Shown: positions 19,702 through 30,112 of the stretch, piece after piece
Layout of the letters: each line of letters begins with the position of its first letter
Numbering within the stretch: the first letter of the stretch is position 1
Assembly: GCA_020721065.1 (NCBI GenBank)
Contig: DYNM01000012.1
Span: 15,842 to 79,841 of the forward strand
Length of the DNA stretch: 64,000 nt
Direction: 5' to 3'
DNA from: Thiocystis violascens
GTDB lineage: Bacteria > Pseudomonadota > Gammaproteobacteria > Chromatiales > Chromatiaceae
The notes under the pieces: model-generated
Databases searched by the model: none
The model's input: the letters and a program-made list of their open reading frames with translations, nothing else
Told to the model about the DNA's origin: nothing
Program-made: the position numbers and the translations under genes

Positions 19702-21387
19702 ATGGAGTATTACATGAAGACCATGAGTTTAAGTGTTAAGTTAATTATCAGTTTTTTATCAGTTGCCATGATTGTATTGGTTGTTGGTTTAATTGGAATA
19801 AAAGGCGAAATAGATATGCGAGATCATATCGAAATGATTGGACAAACGCGCTTACCCGCAATTATTGAATTAGATCGGATGAACATCGAACGCTTACAGA
19901 TTCACGCCCAAACCCGTACCATCATGGCGCATGTGAACTGGACGACCGAAACAGCGGCGGCGCTCGAATTGATTTCGCGGCAACGCTTGGCATCGTGGAA
20001 AGTCGTTGAAACCGCTATTATGGAATATGAAAAATTACCAAAAAGTAGTGATGAAAAAGCGGTCAATCAGGTGTTTAAGACCGAATACGCAGCATGGCGA
20101 GCAAACTATATTCCAGCCGATCAACTACTCACAAAGATGGCGCAAGCCTCAACTGCGGAAGCCTACGCACCGTTATATGAAGAATTTATTAGCTTAGTGA
20201 AAAAAATGACGCAGGTGTCTGACCGCGTCGGGGTGTTGATTGATACGATGGTCGCATTTAATAACCAAAGCACTCACGCTGCTGTTGAATTAGCACTAAA
20301 AGAATCGGGACAAATGTTTCAATGGATGAGTGTTGGTATTGTATTCGCATTAAGTTTAGCGGTTGGTTTAGGATTGTTTATCACGCGGGACACCTTGCGA
20401 CATATTGGCGGCGAGCCAGCAGTGGTGGTGAATATCGTCAATCGCGTTGCTGCTGGAGATTTCACCACACCAATTGCATTACGCGCGGATGATACCGATA
20501 GTTTATTAGCTGCATTTGCGCAAATGGTGATAAACATGCGCCGCGTATTAAATGAAGTCACAACTGCCAGTGTGCAGGTTGCCGCAGCAGCAGAACAATT
20601 ATCAGCAACCAGTGAACAAATGCGTGAACAAGTGCGTTTAGAACAATCTGAAACCGATCAAGTTGTCACTGCCATGAATGAAATGAGCACGACGGTAGAA
20701 GAAGTTGCGCGTCATGCTGCTGCTGCCGCTAACGCTGCGCGTGAAACGGATCAAGAAACCGAAGCCGGTAGTAAAGTTGTGATGCGAACAGTTGCCGCTA
20801 TTGAAGCATTAGCGCAAGAAGTGGAAACCGCCGGGGCAGTGATTGCGCAATTGTCGGTTGATAGTACTGAAATTGGCGCGGTATTAGATGTTATTCGTGG
20901 TGTAGCAGAACAAACTAATTTATTAGCACTGAATGCTGCAATTGAAGCGGCGCGAGCCGGTGAACAAGGTCGCGGTTTTGCAGTGGTCGCAGCAGAAGTA
21001 CGCACGCTGGCAAGCCGCACACAATCATCAATTTTAGATATTCAAGCGAAAATTGAACGGGTGCAAAATAGTTCAGCCGGTGCTGTACAGGTAATGGAAA
21101 AAGGACAAGCGAAGGCGCGAGAAAGTGTTGCACAAGCGCGACAAGCTGGTGAATCGTTACATGTGATTAGCGTATCGATCACGAGTATTAATGATATGAA
21201 TCGCCAAATTGCTAGTGCGGCAGAAGAACAAAGCGCCGTTGCTGAAGAAATCAATCGTAATATCCATACGATTTCAGGTACGGTAGATCAAACGGCTACG
21301 GGTTCCGCGCATATTGCAACGGCAAGTGAAGAATTGGCACGCTTGGCGGCGCAATTACAAGAGCGGCTGGCGCAATTTAATATCTAA
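19702..21387 (+). CDS. Methyl-accepting chemotaxis protein (periplasmic four-helix-bundle sensor)
   Basis: Two TM segments, HAMP-like linker, [34 protein letters not shown] signalling tip. Confidence 0.93.
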   Translation: MEYYMKTMSLSVKLIISFLSVAMIVLVVGLIGIKGEIDMRDHIEMIGQTRLPAIIELDRMNIERLQIHAQTRTIMAHVNWTTETAAALELISRQRLASWKVVETAIMEYEKLPKSSDEKAVNQVFKTEYAAWRANYIPADQLLTKMAQASTAEAYAPLYEEFISLVKKMTQVSDRVGVLIDTMVAFNNQSTHAAVELALKESGQMFQWMSVGIVFALSLAVGLGLFITRDTLRHIGGEPAVVVNIVNRVAAGDFTTPIALRADDTDSLLAAFAQMVINMRRVLNEVTTASVQVAAAAEQLSATSEQMREQVRLEQSETDQVVTAMNEMSTTVEEVARHAAAAANAARETDQETEAGSKVVMRTVAAIEALAQEVETAGAVIAQLSVDSTEIGAVLDVIRGVAEQTNLLALNAAIEAARAGEQGRGFAVVAAEVRTLASRTQSSILDIQAKIERVQNSSAGAVQVMEKGQAKARESVAQARQAGESLHVISVSITSINDMNRQIASAAEEQSAVAEEINRNIHTISGTVDQTATGSAHIATASEELARLAAQLQERLAQFNI

Positions 21388-21420
21388 ATAATCGCTCACG
21401 ATCTGATATAGAGATTTCCA

Positions 21421-22635
21421 ATGCGTGTCATTGTGATTGAAGATGATGCCTCAACGGGGGCGCTTTTGGTGCAATTGGTAAAACGATTATGGACAACTGC
21501 GAGCGTTTATTTAGCGTCTGATGCTGCTTCTGGTTTAGATCAATGGTATGGGAATGGTGCTGATCTCATTCTGTTAGATTGGGCATTGCCGGGTATGAGC
21601 GGCATTGATATTTTGAAGCAAATTAGACGCGCTGACACCACAGTAAAATGCGTGATGATTTCTGGTCATGCCGAGCGCGATGTCATTCTATCGGCGCGTG
21701 CTTATCAAGTGGATGCGTTTATTGTGAAGCCTTTTAATGCCAAGCAAGTGATGACGCGACTTGGTGAAATAATGGCGTTACCTGAATCGTCTTCATCAAG
21801 CACTGACCACTTTGACAGTTTTGAGGATTTTATTCACTTTCAAATGAATAAAGGTACGTTAGGATTGCCAATTGATCCCGCATTGGTGAATTTGATTGAA
21901 GGAATGCGCAGTGCTACGGCGGGAGAACGAGTGAGGGTTTTGCGGCGTTGCCAATTTCATCCGGCGTTGGTATTTCGGTTATTGAGTTTGGCAAATAGTG
22001 GTCAGTATATTCAAGGTATGGAATCAGTTGAAACGTTTGAAAATGCAATTCAAGCGGTGGGTTTGGATGGGTTTATCAATTTAGCAGTAGAGATGTCGTT
22101 GCATCCCGGTAGTCATTTGCGCCAAGATTTTCTTGTTGTGCGTCAAAATGCTTATCAACGTGATGGTTTGGCATTAGCTGAAGTGACGATGAAATTGTCG
22201 GCAACGTTAAGTTTTAGTTTTAATGCGGCACGTTCGGCATGTATGTTGTATCGCGTGGGTGAACTCTCATTATTACAAGTGATGCAGGCGTGGCTTGATT
22301 TGGGATATTCGTTGACGGAAGAAGATTGCACTGCAACGCTTAAATCCTATTCTGCTGCTACTGGGAATCGGATTAAAACGCAGTGGAATATCCCTAATAC
22401 TATTCGCAGTCGTATCGGTGCCGCTTATTTGTTGCCGTCGGGTACAGTAAAAATTGATGCGTTAGTGATGCGTATTGCGCATTTGTTGTTAACCAATGAT
22501 ACTCAACACGAATTGCCGCGTTTAGTAGCGCGGGTCGGTTTAACTGAAACGCAATTGGATCAGTTCCGCCCCAACGCTATTAAAGATGAACGCCTCAATG
22601 AAGCGGTTGTGGATGATGAATCAAGCGCGGAGTGA
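21421..22635 (+). CDS. Response regulator with C-terminal HDOD-like domain
   Basis: REC (IEDD, ILLDWALP, VKPF), then PALVFRLLSLANS...AIQAVG, HDOD-like. Confidence 0.78.
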   Translation: MRVIVIEDDASTGALLVQLVKRLWTTASVYLASDAASGLDQWYGNGADLILLDWALPGMSGIDILKQIRRADTTVKCVMISGHAERDVILSARAYQVDAFIVKPFNAKQVMTRLGEIMALPESSSSSTDHFDSFEDFIHFQMNKGTLGLPIDPALVNLIEGMRSATAGERVRVLRRCQFHPALVFRLLSLANSGQYIQGMESVETFENAIQAVGLDGFINLAVEMSLHPGSHLRQDFLVVRQNAYQRDGLALAEVTMKLSATLSFSFNAARSACMLYRVGELSLLQVMQAWLDLGYSLTEEDCTATLKSYSAATGNRIKTQWNIPNTIRSRIGAAYLLPSGTVKIDALVMRIAHLLLTNDTQHELPRLVARVGLTETQLDQFRPNAIKDERLNEAVVDDESSAE

Positions 22636-22642
22636 TGACGCG

Positions 22643-24796
22643 CTAATCGCTCAATGCGAGGTCTGCACCGGGGCGGACAAATTCAGCAATCAATGTTTCT
22701 AGTTGTGCCGCTGCCATTGGTTTGCCAATTAAATACCCTTGAATTTCATGGACACCTAATGCTTCAATGAAATCACATTGTCGCAGTGTTTCAACGCCTT
22801 CTGCAATCACACTTAATCCCATTGTTTGCCCAATTGCAGTCACGGCACGAACGATGACGCGGTCAGCTTGCGCGTGTGTGATATTGGTGACAAAGGTGCG
22901 ATCAATTTTGATGGTGTCAATAGGAAAGCGCAGTAAGTATTCCAGTGAGGAGTGACCAATGCCAAAATCATCAATAGCGATTTTTAATCCGATAGCGCGG
23001 AGGCGTCCTAATAATGTAATGGCGCTGGTGGGGTCTTGCATTGCTAAACTTTCAGTAATTTCTAGTTCTAAATGCGCTGGTTGTACTCCAGTTTCAGCAA
23101 TGACCTGTTGAATGGTGGCGAATAAATTAGGCTCTAAAAACTGGCGCGGTGATAAGTTAATTCCGACGCGCAAATTCAATCCAACGCTTTCCCAGCGTTG
23201 CGCTTGCCGACAGGCTTCTTCTAAAACCCATTGCCCAACTTCGGAAATCAAGCCTAAGTTTTCCAATAATGGAATAAACCGCACCGGCGGCACCACTCCT
23301 AACGTGGGATGTTGCCAGCGCAGCAGTGCTTCCACGCCGACGATGGTGCCGGTGCGCAGTTCCATTTGTGGTTGATATACGAGAAAAAATTCGCCGCGTT
23401 CGAGCGCCGTGTGCAGCGCCCGTTCCACTGCCAAGGTTTCGGTGAAGCGTGATTGCGAGGGTGGCAGTGGTATGGCAACCAATACGGCACGCGCTTGACT
23501 CCGCGCCAGCCGTTGCGCGTCCTGCGCGAGCATGAGCAGTTGATTGGGGTCGGTGCCGTGTTCGGGTGCGACTGCGACGCCAACGCTGAACGTCAAAATG
23601 GTTTCGTCAGCGGCGAGATGAAAACGCCGCCGCAGTTGCACCAAAATTGATTCGAGTCGATCTAAACCGGCGGCGAGCGTGGCGGCGCGGATCAAGAGGG
23701 CAAATTCATCGCCGCCGACTCGTGCTAAGGCGTCCTGCACCACCACTAAACGGCGCAGACGTCGTGCCAGTCGTGTCAACAGCAGATCGCCGCCAGCTTC
23801 GCCGAGGGCTTCGTTGTGGCGATGAAAGCGGGCGATGTCGAGCCAGATAATCAGCAGCACTTCGCCATCATCCAGATCAAGCGTGCTCAACACTTCGGCG
23901 CTGCGGCGCAGGAAGAGCCGCCGATTGGGGAGGTCGGTGAGATCGTCGTGCAGCGCGAGATAATCGACCAGCGCCTCGGTTTGGCGCAGCGCGGTGACAT
24001 CTTGCACGGCACCAAACACGACGGCTTGATCTGCGCCTTGCACGCCGCGCTCTCCGACCAAACGCACTAAGCGTTCTTCGCCAGCAGTGCGTACCCGCAG
24101 CTCCAGTTCCAGCGGTGTATTGGCTTGGCGGGTCAAGGTCAACAGCCGTTGGACGCGGGTACGATCATCGGGATGAACCAGTGCGAGCAGTTCTCCCAAC
24201 CAAGCGACCGCCGGGCTGGCCACGCCGAGCACGGCGTACAGATCATCTGACCAATGGAGGGAATCGTCGCTCAAGCGCCATTCCCAAAAAGCCAGTTTAG
24301 CGATGCGACAAGCCGACAATTGCCGCAGGTGGCTGCGCCGCACTTCGCGCCCCAATTGCCCACTGCGCAGGGCGTAGCGCACCCGCTGCGTCAATAACGT
24401 CCAATTGATTGGCTTGGTAATAAAATCAGTTGCACCGGCGCTAAACGCATGATCAATCGCTTTCAAATCGTTGGCACCGGTCAACATGATCAGCGGGGTG
24501 CCGGCATCTTGATCAAGCGCACGCATTTGTACGCAGGTGGCAAAACCATCGAGCACTGGCATCATCACGTCCAATAACACCAGCGCCGGATGATGCTGCG
24601 TAAATAGCGCCAACGCTTCCATTCCATCGCTGGCTTCAATCACCACAAAACCTTGGCGACTCAACACGCCGCGTAACAACAACCGCGTCGGTGTGTCATC
24701 ATCAACAATCAACAACACTTCACCGGTTGGTAATAATGCGGCTGGCGCAGATGAAGCTGGGGGCATGGTATTTCGTAGCGGCAGATCAGATTGCAC
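22643..24796 (-). CDS. REC-PAS-GGDEF-EAL c-di-GMP protein
   Basis: LLDVMMP, PAS_3-like VHPDDR, ARVGGDEF, GVEALLRW, DDFGIGHSSL, AEGVET. Confidence 0.92.
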   Translation of the reverse strand: MQSDLPLRNTMPPASSAPAALLPTGEVLLIVDDDTPTRLLLRGVLSRQGFVVIEASDGMEALALFTQHHPALVLLDVMMPVLDGFATCVQMRALDQDAGTPLIMLTGANDLKAIDHAFSAGATDFITKPINWTLLTQRVRYALRSGQLGREVRRSHLRQLSACRIAKLAFWEWRLSDDSLHWSDDLYAVLGVASPAVAWLGELLALVHPDDRTRVQRLLTLTRQANTPLELELRVRTAGEERLVRLVGERGVQGADQAVVFGAVQDVTALRQTEALVDYLALHDDLTDLPNRRLFLRRSAEVLSTLDLDDGEVLLIIWLDIARFHRHNEALGEAGGDLLLTRLARRLRRLVVVQDALARVGGDEFALLIRAATLAAGLDRLESILVQLRRRFHLAADETILTFSVGVAVAPEHGTDPNQLLMLAQDAQRLARSQARAVLVAIPLPPSQSRFTETLAVERALHTALERGEFFLVYQPQMELRTGTIVGVEALLRWQHPTLGVVPPVRFIPLLENLGLISEVGQWVLEEACRQAQRWESVGLNLRVGINLSPRQFLEPNLFATIQQVIAETGVQPAHLELEITESLAMQDPTSAITLLGRLRAIGLKIAIDDFGIGHSSLEYLLRFPIDTIKIDRTFVTNITHAQADRVIVRAVTAIGQTMGLSVIAEGVETLRQCDFIEALGVHEIQGYLIGKPMAAAQLETLIAEFVRPGADLALSD

Positions 24797-24885
24797 AGTT
24801 ATGACTCACTATTATTCGAGACCGCAGTGGACAATGGTGACCACTGTATTAAAAAGAAACACGAGATATAAAGAAGGTACACGGC

Positions 24886-25245
24886 ATGATGTATTTAGAT
24901 GATGAAGTACTCAATGAATTGTTAGAAATTTTAGGTGAAGAAGATTTATGTGCGATTACCACCAGTTTTGTTGAACAATTGACGCAACAATTGACCGATT
25001 TGGCGACATATTGTACGCAAGCCGAACTCGCGGAAACTGCTCGCATTGCTCATTCTCTCAAAGGTGGAGCGGGTAATCTGGGAGCCAATGCGCTTTCTGA
25101 TGCGGCAGCAGCTTTGGAGCGTTATGCGCGGGCGGGTGAGGCTGAACAAGTGAATGTCGCAATGACCACACTGCCCGAGGTTGCTAACCAAACAGTCGCG
25201 GCATTGCGTGAGCGCGGTTATTTGCCGCCGACTGCTCTTGTTTAA
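24886..25245 (+). CDS. Stand-alone Hpt phosphotransfer protein
   Basis: AHSLKGGAGNLGA Hpt motif in a 119-aa helical protein. Confidence 0.9.
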   Translation: MMYLDDEVLNELLEILGEEDLCAITTSFVEQLTQQLTDLATYCTQAELAETARIAHSLKGGAGNLGANALSDAAAALERYARAGEAEQVNVAMTTLPEVANQTVAALRERGYLPPTALV

Positions 25246-25265
25246 TGTCAGTTCGATTGAAGATG

Positions 25266-25342
25266 TCGGTTGTCATTGAGTGATCAGTTGTCAGTGACAA
25301 CGCTGTGTTTGATTGACGACCGCTAACTGACCAGTGATCACT
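25266..25342. repeat. Heptamer (TCAGTTG-type) repeats in inverted arrangement
   Basis: AGTGATCAGTTGTCAGT (25279-25295) pairs 15/17 with ACTGACCAGTGATCACT (25326-25342). Confidence 0.65.
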
Positions 25343-25422
25343 TTATTTCAACTGCGTCATTCTTAAACTTTCGATTCAGTTGGATTCACTCCTCAGTGCC
25401 AACTGACCACTCATAGCAGCAC

Positions 25423-26643
25423 ATGACTCACACAACTCCCCATGACCGTTCCCACATTGTGCTTGGCATCGGCGGCGGCATCTCTGCGTATAAATCCGTT
25501 GATCTCGTGCGGCGTTTGAAAGAACGCGGCTTTGATGTGCGCGTCGTGATGACGCAAGCCGCCACTGCGTTGGTCACTCCGTTGACGTTTCAAGCCGTGT
25601 CCGGGCATCCGGTGCGCACAAGTTTGTTAGACCCCGGCGCGGAGGCGGGTATGAATCACATCGAGCTGGCGCGGTGGGCAGATTGGCTGCTGATTGCGCC
25701 GGCGACGGCGGATTTGATGGCGCGTCTTGCCGCTGGTATTGCCGATGATTTGTTGACGACGCTGGCGCTGGCGACTAATGCGCCGCTATGTCTCGCGCCG
25801 GCGATGAACCAACACATGTGGCGACATCCGGCGACGCAGGAAAATCTGCAAACGTTGCGCGAGCGCGGAGCGCGGATTCTCGGTCCGGCGGAAGGTGATC
25901 AAGCCTGCGGGGACAGCGGACCGGGGCGGATGCTGGAGCCAGCCGAGCTGGCGGAAGCGATGCGTCCACAAGCGGAACGGCGTTTGATCGGAGTGCGGAC
26001 GGTGCTCACTGCCGGCCCGACGCGAGAACCGTTGGACCCGGTGCGTTATCTCAGCAATCGCAGTTCGGGGCGGATGGGTTATGCGCTGGCGGCGGCGCTG
26101 ACGCATCGTGGGGCGCAGGTGACACTCATCACCGGACCGTCGGCGCTGCCGGTGCCGATGGTGGCGGAAGTGGTGCAGGTGGAAACGGCGCTGGAGATGC
26201 ACGCTGCGGTGCTGGCGCGAATGGCTGACTGTGAGTTGTTTGTGGCAACGGCAGCAGTAGCGGATTATCGCCCAGTGGAATATGCGCCACAAAAACGCAA
26301 AAAGGATGCGGAAACGTTGACGCTGCACTTGGTGCGTAATCCTGACATTCTGGCGGAGGTGGCAGCGCGGGAGTCGCCACCGTTTACGGTTGGGTTTGCG
26401 GCGGAAACGGAGCAGATGGAAACGTATGCGCGAGCGAAGTTATTGAATAAAAAGGTTAATCTGATTGCAGCCAATCAGGTTGGTGGGGCAGTGGGTGGTT
26501 TTGAGCGCGAAGACAACGCGCTGACGGTGTTTTGGGAGGGCGGCAGCCGGGCGTTGCCGTTGATGTCAAAAACCAATTTAGCGCGAGAACTGGCTGATTT
26601 CATTGCAGAACATTATCGAGGTGCGGATGCTACAGCAACTTGA
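25423..26643 (+). CDS. coaBC: Phosphopantothenoylcysteine decarboxylase/ligase
   Basis: [53 protein letters not shown]. Confidence 0.96.
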   Translation: MTHTTPHDRSHIVLGIGGGISAYKSVDLVRRLKERGFDVRVVMTQAATALVTPLTFQAVSGHPVRTSLLDPGAEAGMNHIELARWADWLLIAPATADLMARLAAGIADDLLTTLALATNAPLCLAPAMNQHMWRHPATQENLQTLRERGARILGPAEGDQACGDSGPGRMLEPAELAEAMRPQAERRLIGVRTVLTAGPTREPLDPVRYLSNRSSGRMGYALAAALTHRGAQVTLITGPSALPVPMVAEVVQVETALEMHAAVLARMADCELFVATAAVADYRPVEYAPQKRKKDAETLTLHLVRNPDILAEVAARESPPFTVGFAAETEQMETYARAKLLNKKVNLIAANQVGGAVGGFEREDNALTVFWEGGSRALPLMSKTNLARELADFIAEHYRGADATAT

Positions 26644-27100
26644 GGTCAAAATTCTCGATGCCCGTTTGGGTTGTGATTTTCCGTTGCCGCATTACGCGAC
26701 CACCGGATCAGCGGGGCTGGATTTGCGGGCGATGTTGGATGCGCCGTTGGATTTACAGCCCGGCGAGTGTGAGCTGGTGCCGACGGGGTTGGCGATTCAT
26801 ATTGGCACGCAGGGCGTCGCGGGATTGGTGATGCCGCGCTCCGGGCTGGGGCACCGTCACGGCATCGTGCTCGGCAATCTCGTGGGATTGATTGACTCTG
26901 ACTATCAGGGGCCGTTGCTGGTGTCGTGTTGGAACCGCAGCGACACGCCATTTCGGATCACGGTGGGCGAGTGGATTGCGCAATTGGTGCTGGTGCCGGT
27001 GCTGGCGGCGAAACTGGTGGTGGTTGATGCGTTTCCACCGTCGGAGCGCGGCGCGGGTGGCTTTGGACATACGGGGCTGGGATTGCCGCCGCAGCGTTGA
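26627..27100 (+). CDS. dut: dUTP diphosphatase (trimeric dUTPase), with motif-IV Arg replaced by Trp
   Basis: [38 protein letters not shown]; follows coaBC. ATG 26627 preferred. Confidence 0.95.
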   Translation: MLQQLEVKILDARLGCDFPLPHYATTGSAGLDLRAMLDAPLDLQPGECELVPTGLAIHIGTQGVAGLVMPRSGLGHRHGIVLGNLVGLIDSDYQGPLLVSCWNRSDTPFRITVGEWIAQLVLVPVLAAKLVVVDAFPPSERGAGGFGHTGLGLPPQR

Positions 27101-27102
27101 TG

Positions 27103-27238
27103 CTGTCAGTTGTCAGTAAAAAACTGAAAAAGTTGGTTATTCGTTGTCAACCTTTTTTAAGCAATGAATTAAAAAATAACCACTCATCGTTAACAAACCT
27201 TACTGACAACTGAAAACCGACAACTGACAACTTTTTCA
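27103..27238. repeat. Heptamer (TCAGTTG/CAACTGA) arrays in inverted orientation
   Basis: TCAGTTGTCAGTAA (27106-27119) is the exact reverse complement of TTACTGACAACTGA (27200-27213); the right arm continues as 7-bp units. Confidence 0.8.
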
Positions 27239-27283
27239 ACCAATAACTCAATTAAAAAACCGCTCGCAACAGTGGCTTTTCTC

Positions 27284-28408
27284 ATGTCAATTCCATCGCT
27301 TGCCGTATTCCGTGATCCCACATTAGCGCGGCGTTTAGCTGCCACAATTGCTGCCACCATTGATCCTGCCCGCAAATATCGGTTTATGGAATTCTGTGGC
27401 GGTCACACCCATGCCATTTTTCGCTATGGTCTCGCGCAACTCCTGCCGCCACAGGTGCAATTCATTCACGGCCCCGGCTGTCCAATTTGCGTATTACCAA
27501 TCAACCGTTTAGATCATGCCATCGCTTTAGCAACGCAACACGAGATCACGCTGTGCAGCTATGGCGACGCGCTGCGCGTGCCCGCCAGTCACCGCCGCAG
27601 TCTGCTGACCGCCAAAGCCGCCGGTGCCGACATCCGCGTCATCTATTCCACACAAGATGCTGTGCAACTGGCGCGAACTCAGCCAGAACGTCATATCGTA
27701 TTGTTTGCAATCGGTTTTGAGACCACCACGCCCCCGACAGCAGTTGCGCTACATCTCGCTCGCGCCGAGCGTTTACACAACTTTTCTGTCTTCTGCAATC
27801 ACGTTCTCACTCCGGCGGCGCTGCGCTGCATTCTCAGTGCTCCTACACCGCAACGCCTTGAATTAGATGGCATTCTTGCGCCTTCGCACGTCAGTACCAT
27901 CATTGGCACCCAACCCTATAACTTTGTGACTGAAGAATTCCAAATACCAATTATTGTTACTGGCTTTGAACCATTAGACGTATTGCAATCAGTTTTAAGT
28001 TTAGTACAACAATGCAATCGCGGAATATGTAGGGTTGATAACCAATACACCCGCGCCGTGACCGCAGCGGGTAATCGTAAAGCACAAGCATTGATGGCGA
28101 GTGCATTTGCGATTCGCCCTTTTGAATGGCGCGGGCTGGGGCAATTACCACAGAGTGGATTAACACTGGCAACTGAATTTGCCAATTTTGATGCAGAATT
28201 GCGTTTTTCAGTCACACTGACCACCACCAAAGAAGTCAGCGGTTGTGCATGTCCAGACATTTTGCGCGGCATAAAACAACCGCCAGAATGCCAACTATTT
28301 GGTAAACCCTGCTGCCCAGAAAATCCTTTAGGAGCCTGCATGGTCTCTGCCGAAGGTGCTTGCGCTGCGTATTGGCAATACCGCACAAATACTATTATTA
28401 AAACCTAA
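27284..28408 (+). CDS. hypD: [NiFe]-hydrogenase maturation protein HypD
   Basis: EFCGGHTH, HGPGCPICV, GFETT, PSHVS, GFEP, C-terminal Cys cluster and GACMVSAEGACAAY. Confidence 0.95.
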   Translation: MSIPSLAVFRDPTLARRLAATIAATIDPARKYRFMEFCGGHTHAIFRYGLAQLLPPQVQFIHGPGCPICVLPINRLDHAIALATQHEITLCSYGDALRVPASHRRSLLTAKAAGADIRVIYSTQDAVQLARTQPERHIVLFAIGFETTTPPTAVALHLARAERLHNFSVFCNHVLTPAALRCILSAPTPQRLELDGILAPSHVSTIIGTQPYNFVTEEFQIPIIVTGFEPLDVLQSVLSLVQQCNRGICRVDNQYTRAVTAAGNRKAQALMASAFAIRPFEWRGLGQLPQSGLTLATEFANFDAELRFSVTLTTTKEVSGCACPDILRGIKQPPECQLFGKPCCPENPLGACMVSAEGACAAYWQYRTNTIIKT

Positions 28409-28438
28409 TTTTTTAACCAGAATAGTTAGAGTAAAATT

Positions 28439-29539
28439 ATGTTAGTAAAGCGCATATTCCGACTTCAATACTGGATCAGTTGCGTAGTATGTTTCACTAA
28501 TTTATCCATTGGTTCTGCATATAGCCAAACAACTGATATGATCCAGAATACGCCCACCGACATCGTGACTGATTTTGATACCACCGCTTCTGAAAACATA
28601 TTACCAACGGGCAATGATGATTCTGTATTAAACCGCTGTTGGACGCCAAAACAATTACAGAACACCGCCAAAGAGCGTGTTATTCATCTGCAAAAACCAG
28701 CCGATCACAGTCCGCCCCAAGGAAGTAGTAACGTTGATTTAGATAACACACACAACCGCGCTTTTTCCACCTCAATTGCTGCGCGTTCTATTCGCTCAGT
28801 CATTCCCGCGCATGGTGAAAAAATCATTGCACTCACCTTTGATTTATGTGAACAAGCAGATGAAATCGCTGGTTATGATGGCGCAATTGTTGATTTATTA
28901 CGCGCTGAAAAAGTCCATGCAACCTTTTATGCTGGCGGTAAATGGATGCGCTCACATCCCGAACGCACCTTACAATTGATGGCAGACCCATTATTTGAAG
29001 TGGGCAATCATGCGTGGACACATGGCAATTTGCGCGTTTTGCGCGGCGCAGAGTTAAACGCACAAATTCTCTGGCCGCAAATACAGTATCAAACATTAAA
29101 ACAACAGTTAATCACGCGCTCATGTGCCGCATCAATACCGGATTCTATTCCAGATCAACCCACAACTTTTCGTTTTCCGTATGGCACCTGCGACGCAGTT
29201 GCATTACAAGAAGTTGCTGCTGCCGGTTTATATCCGGTGCAATGGGATATTGTCACTGGTGATCCAAGTAAACAACAAACTGCGCAACACATCATTGATA
29301 CGGTATTAAAACAAATTCATCCCGGCGCAATTATCATTGCACACGGCAACGGACGCGGTTGGCATACCCATGAAGCCTTAAAAACACTGATTCCTGCATT
29401 AAAAAAACAGGGCTATCAATTCGTCACCGTCACCAGATTACTTCAATCAGGACAACATGTTACTGCGGTAAATTGCTATGAAACAAAACCAAATGACAAT
29501 CTCCGTTATGACAAATTATTTGGACGCGGAACCGAATGA
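28439..29539 (+). CDS. Exported polysaccharide deacetylase-family (NodB/CE4) protein
   Basis: N-terminal signal-like segment; LTFDLC, ATFY, GNHAWTH, FRFPYG, WDIVTGD, IIIAHG. Confidence 0.85.
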   Translation: MLVKRIFRLQYWISCVVCFTNLSIGSAYSQTTDMIQNTPTDIVTDFDTTASENILPTGNDDSVLNRCWTPKQLQNTAKERVIHLQKPADHSPPQGSSNVDLDNTHNRAFSTSIAARSIRSVIPAHGEKIIALTFDLCEQADEIAGYDGAIVDLLRAEKVHATFYAGGKWMRSHPERTLQLMADPLFEVGNHAWTHGNLRVLRGAELNAQILWPQIQYQTLKQQLITRSCAASIPDSIPDQPTTFRFPYGTCDAVALQEVAAAGLYPVQWDIVTGDPSKQQTAQHIIDTVLKQIHPGAIIIAHGNGRGWHTHEALKTLIPALKKQGYQFVTVTRLLQSGQHVTAVNCYETKPNDNLRYDKLFGRGTE

Positions 29540-30039
29540 GCAACCACCAGCCACCATTGACGCAGACGCATTATCAATTAACGCCAACACTCAGTTTACA
29601 ATTATTGTTGCCAGAAGCTGCACCACCGCTTGCAGCGCAATTGATAATGATGGAGCCTTGGCAATCATTAGGGTTTACGCTGCCGCAACTCATCAATTAT
29701 CTCACTCGTGCCGATCCTTGCCTGCATCGCTTTCAGTGCTGTTATCAACAGCAGAGTGTTGGCGTTATTGCGGTGCGTGAACCGTGGCTGCGCGGGGTTT
29801 TTTTGGAATTATTCGCGGTGTTTACATCTCAACAACGGCAAGGCATTGGTGAGCATATCATGTGCTGGTTAATTCAAGAAACAACGTTGTATAGCAATAA
29901 TTTGTGGACAACGGTATCTGATTTTAATACCAGCGCCCAACACTTTTATGCTCGCCATGAATTCACACCAATTGGCAGAATTCCTGATCTGATTCAAGTG
30001 GGACATGAAGAAATTTTGTTGCGCCGCCATCTCAAGTAA
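29536..30039 (+). CDS. GNAT-family N-acetyltransferase
   Basis: Acetyl-CoA motif QRQGIGEHIM, FNTSAQHFYARHEF; 4-bp overlap with the deacetylase. Confidence 0.85.
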   Translation: MSNHQPPLTQTHYQLTPTLSLQLLLPEAAPPLAAQLIMMEPWQSLGFTLPQLINYLTRADPCLHRFQCCYQQQSVGVIAVREPWLRGVFLELFAVFTSQQRQGIGEHIMCWLIQETTLYSNNLWTTVSDFNTSAQHFYARHEFTPIGRIPDLIQVGHEEILLRRHLK

Positions 30040-30112
30040 AGAATGCTTTTTTCGCAATAATAGCCGTCTGGAATCAATTCTTTTTTTCAACTGCAACTAG
30101 AGCGCATCTGTG

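Noticed and set aside
25346-25357. TTTCAACTGCGT, identical to 12 bp near the MITE right end
   Set aside because: Too short, with no partner TIR or target duplication; may be chance or heptamer-related.
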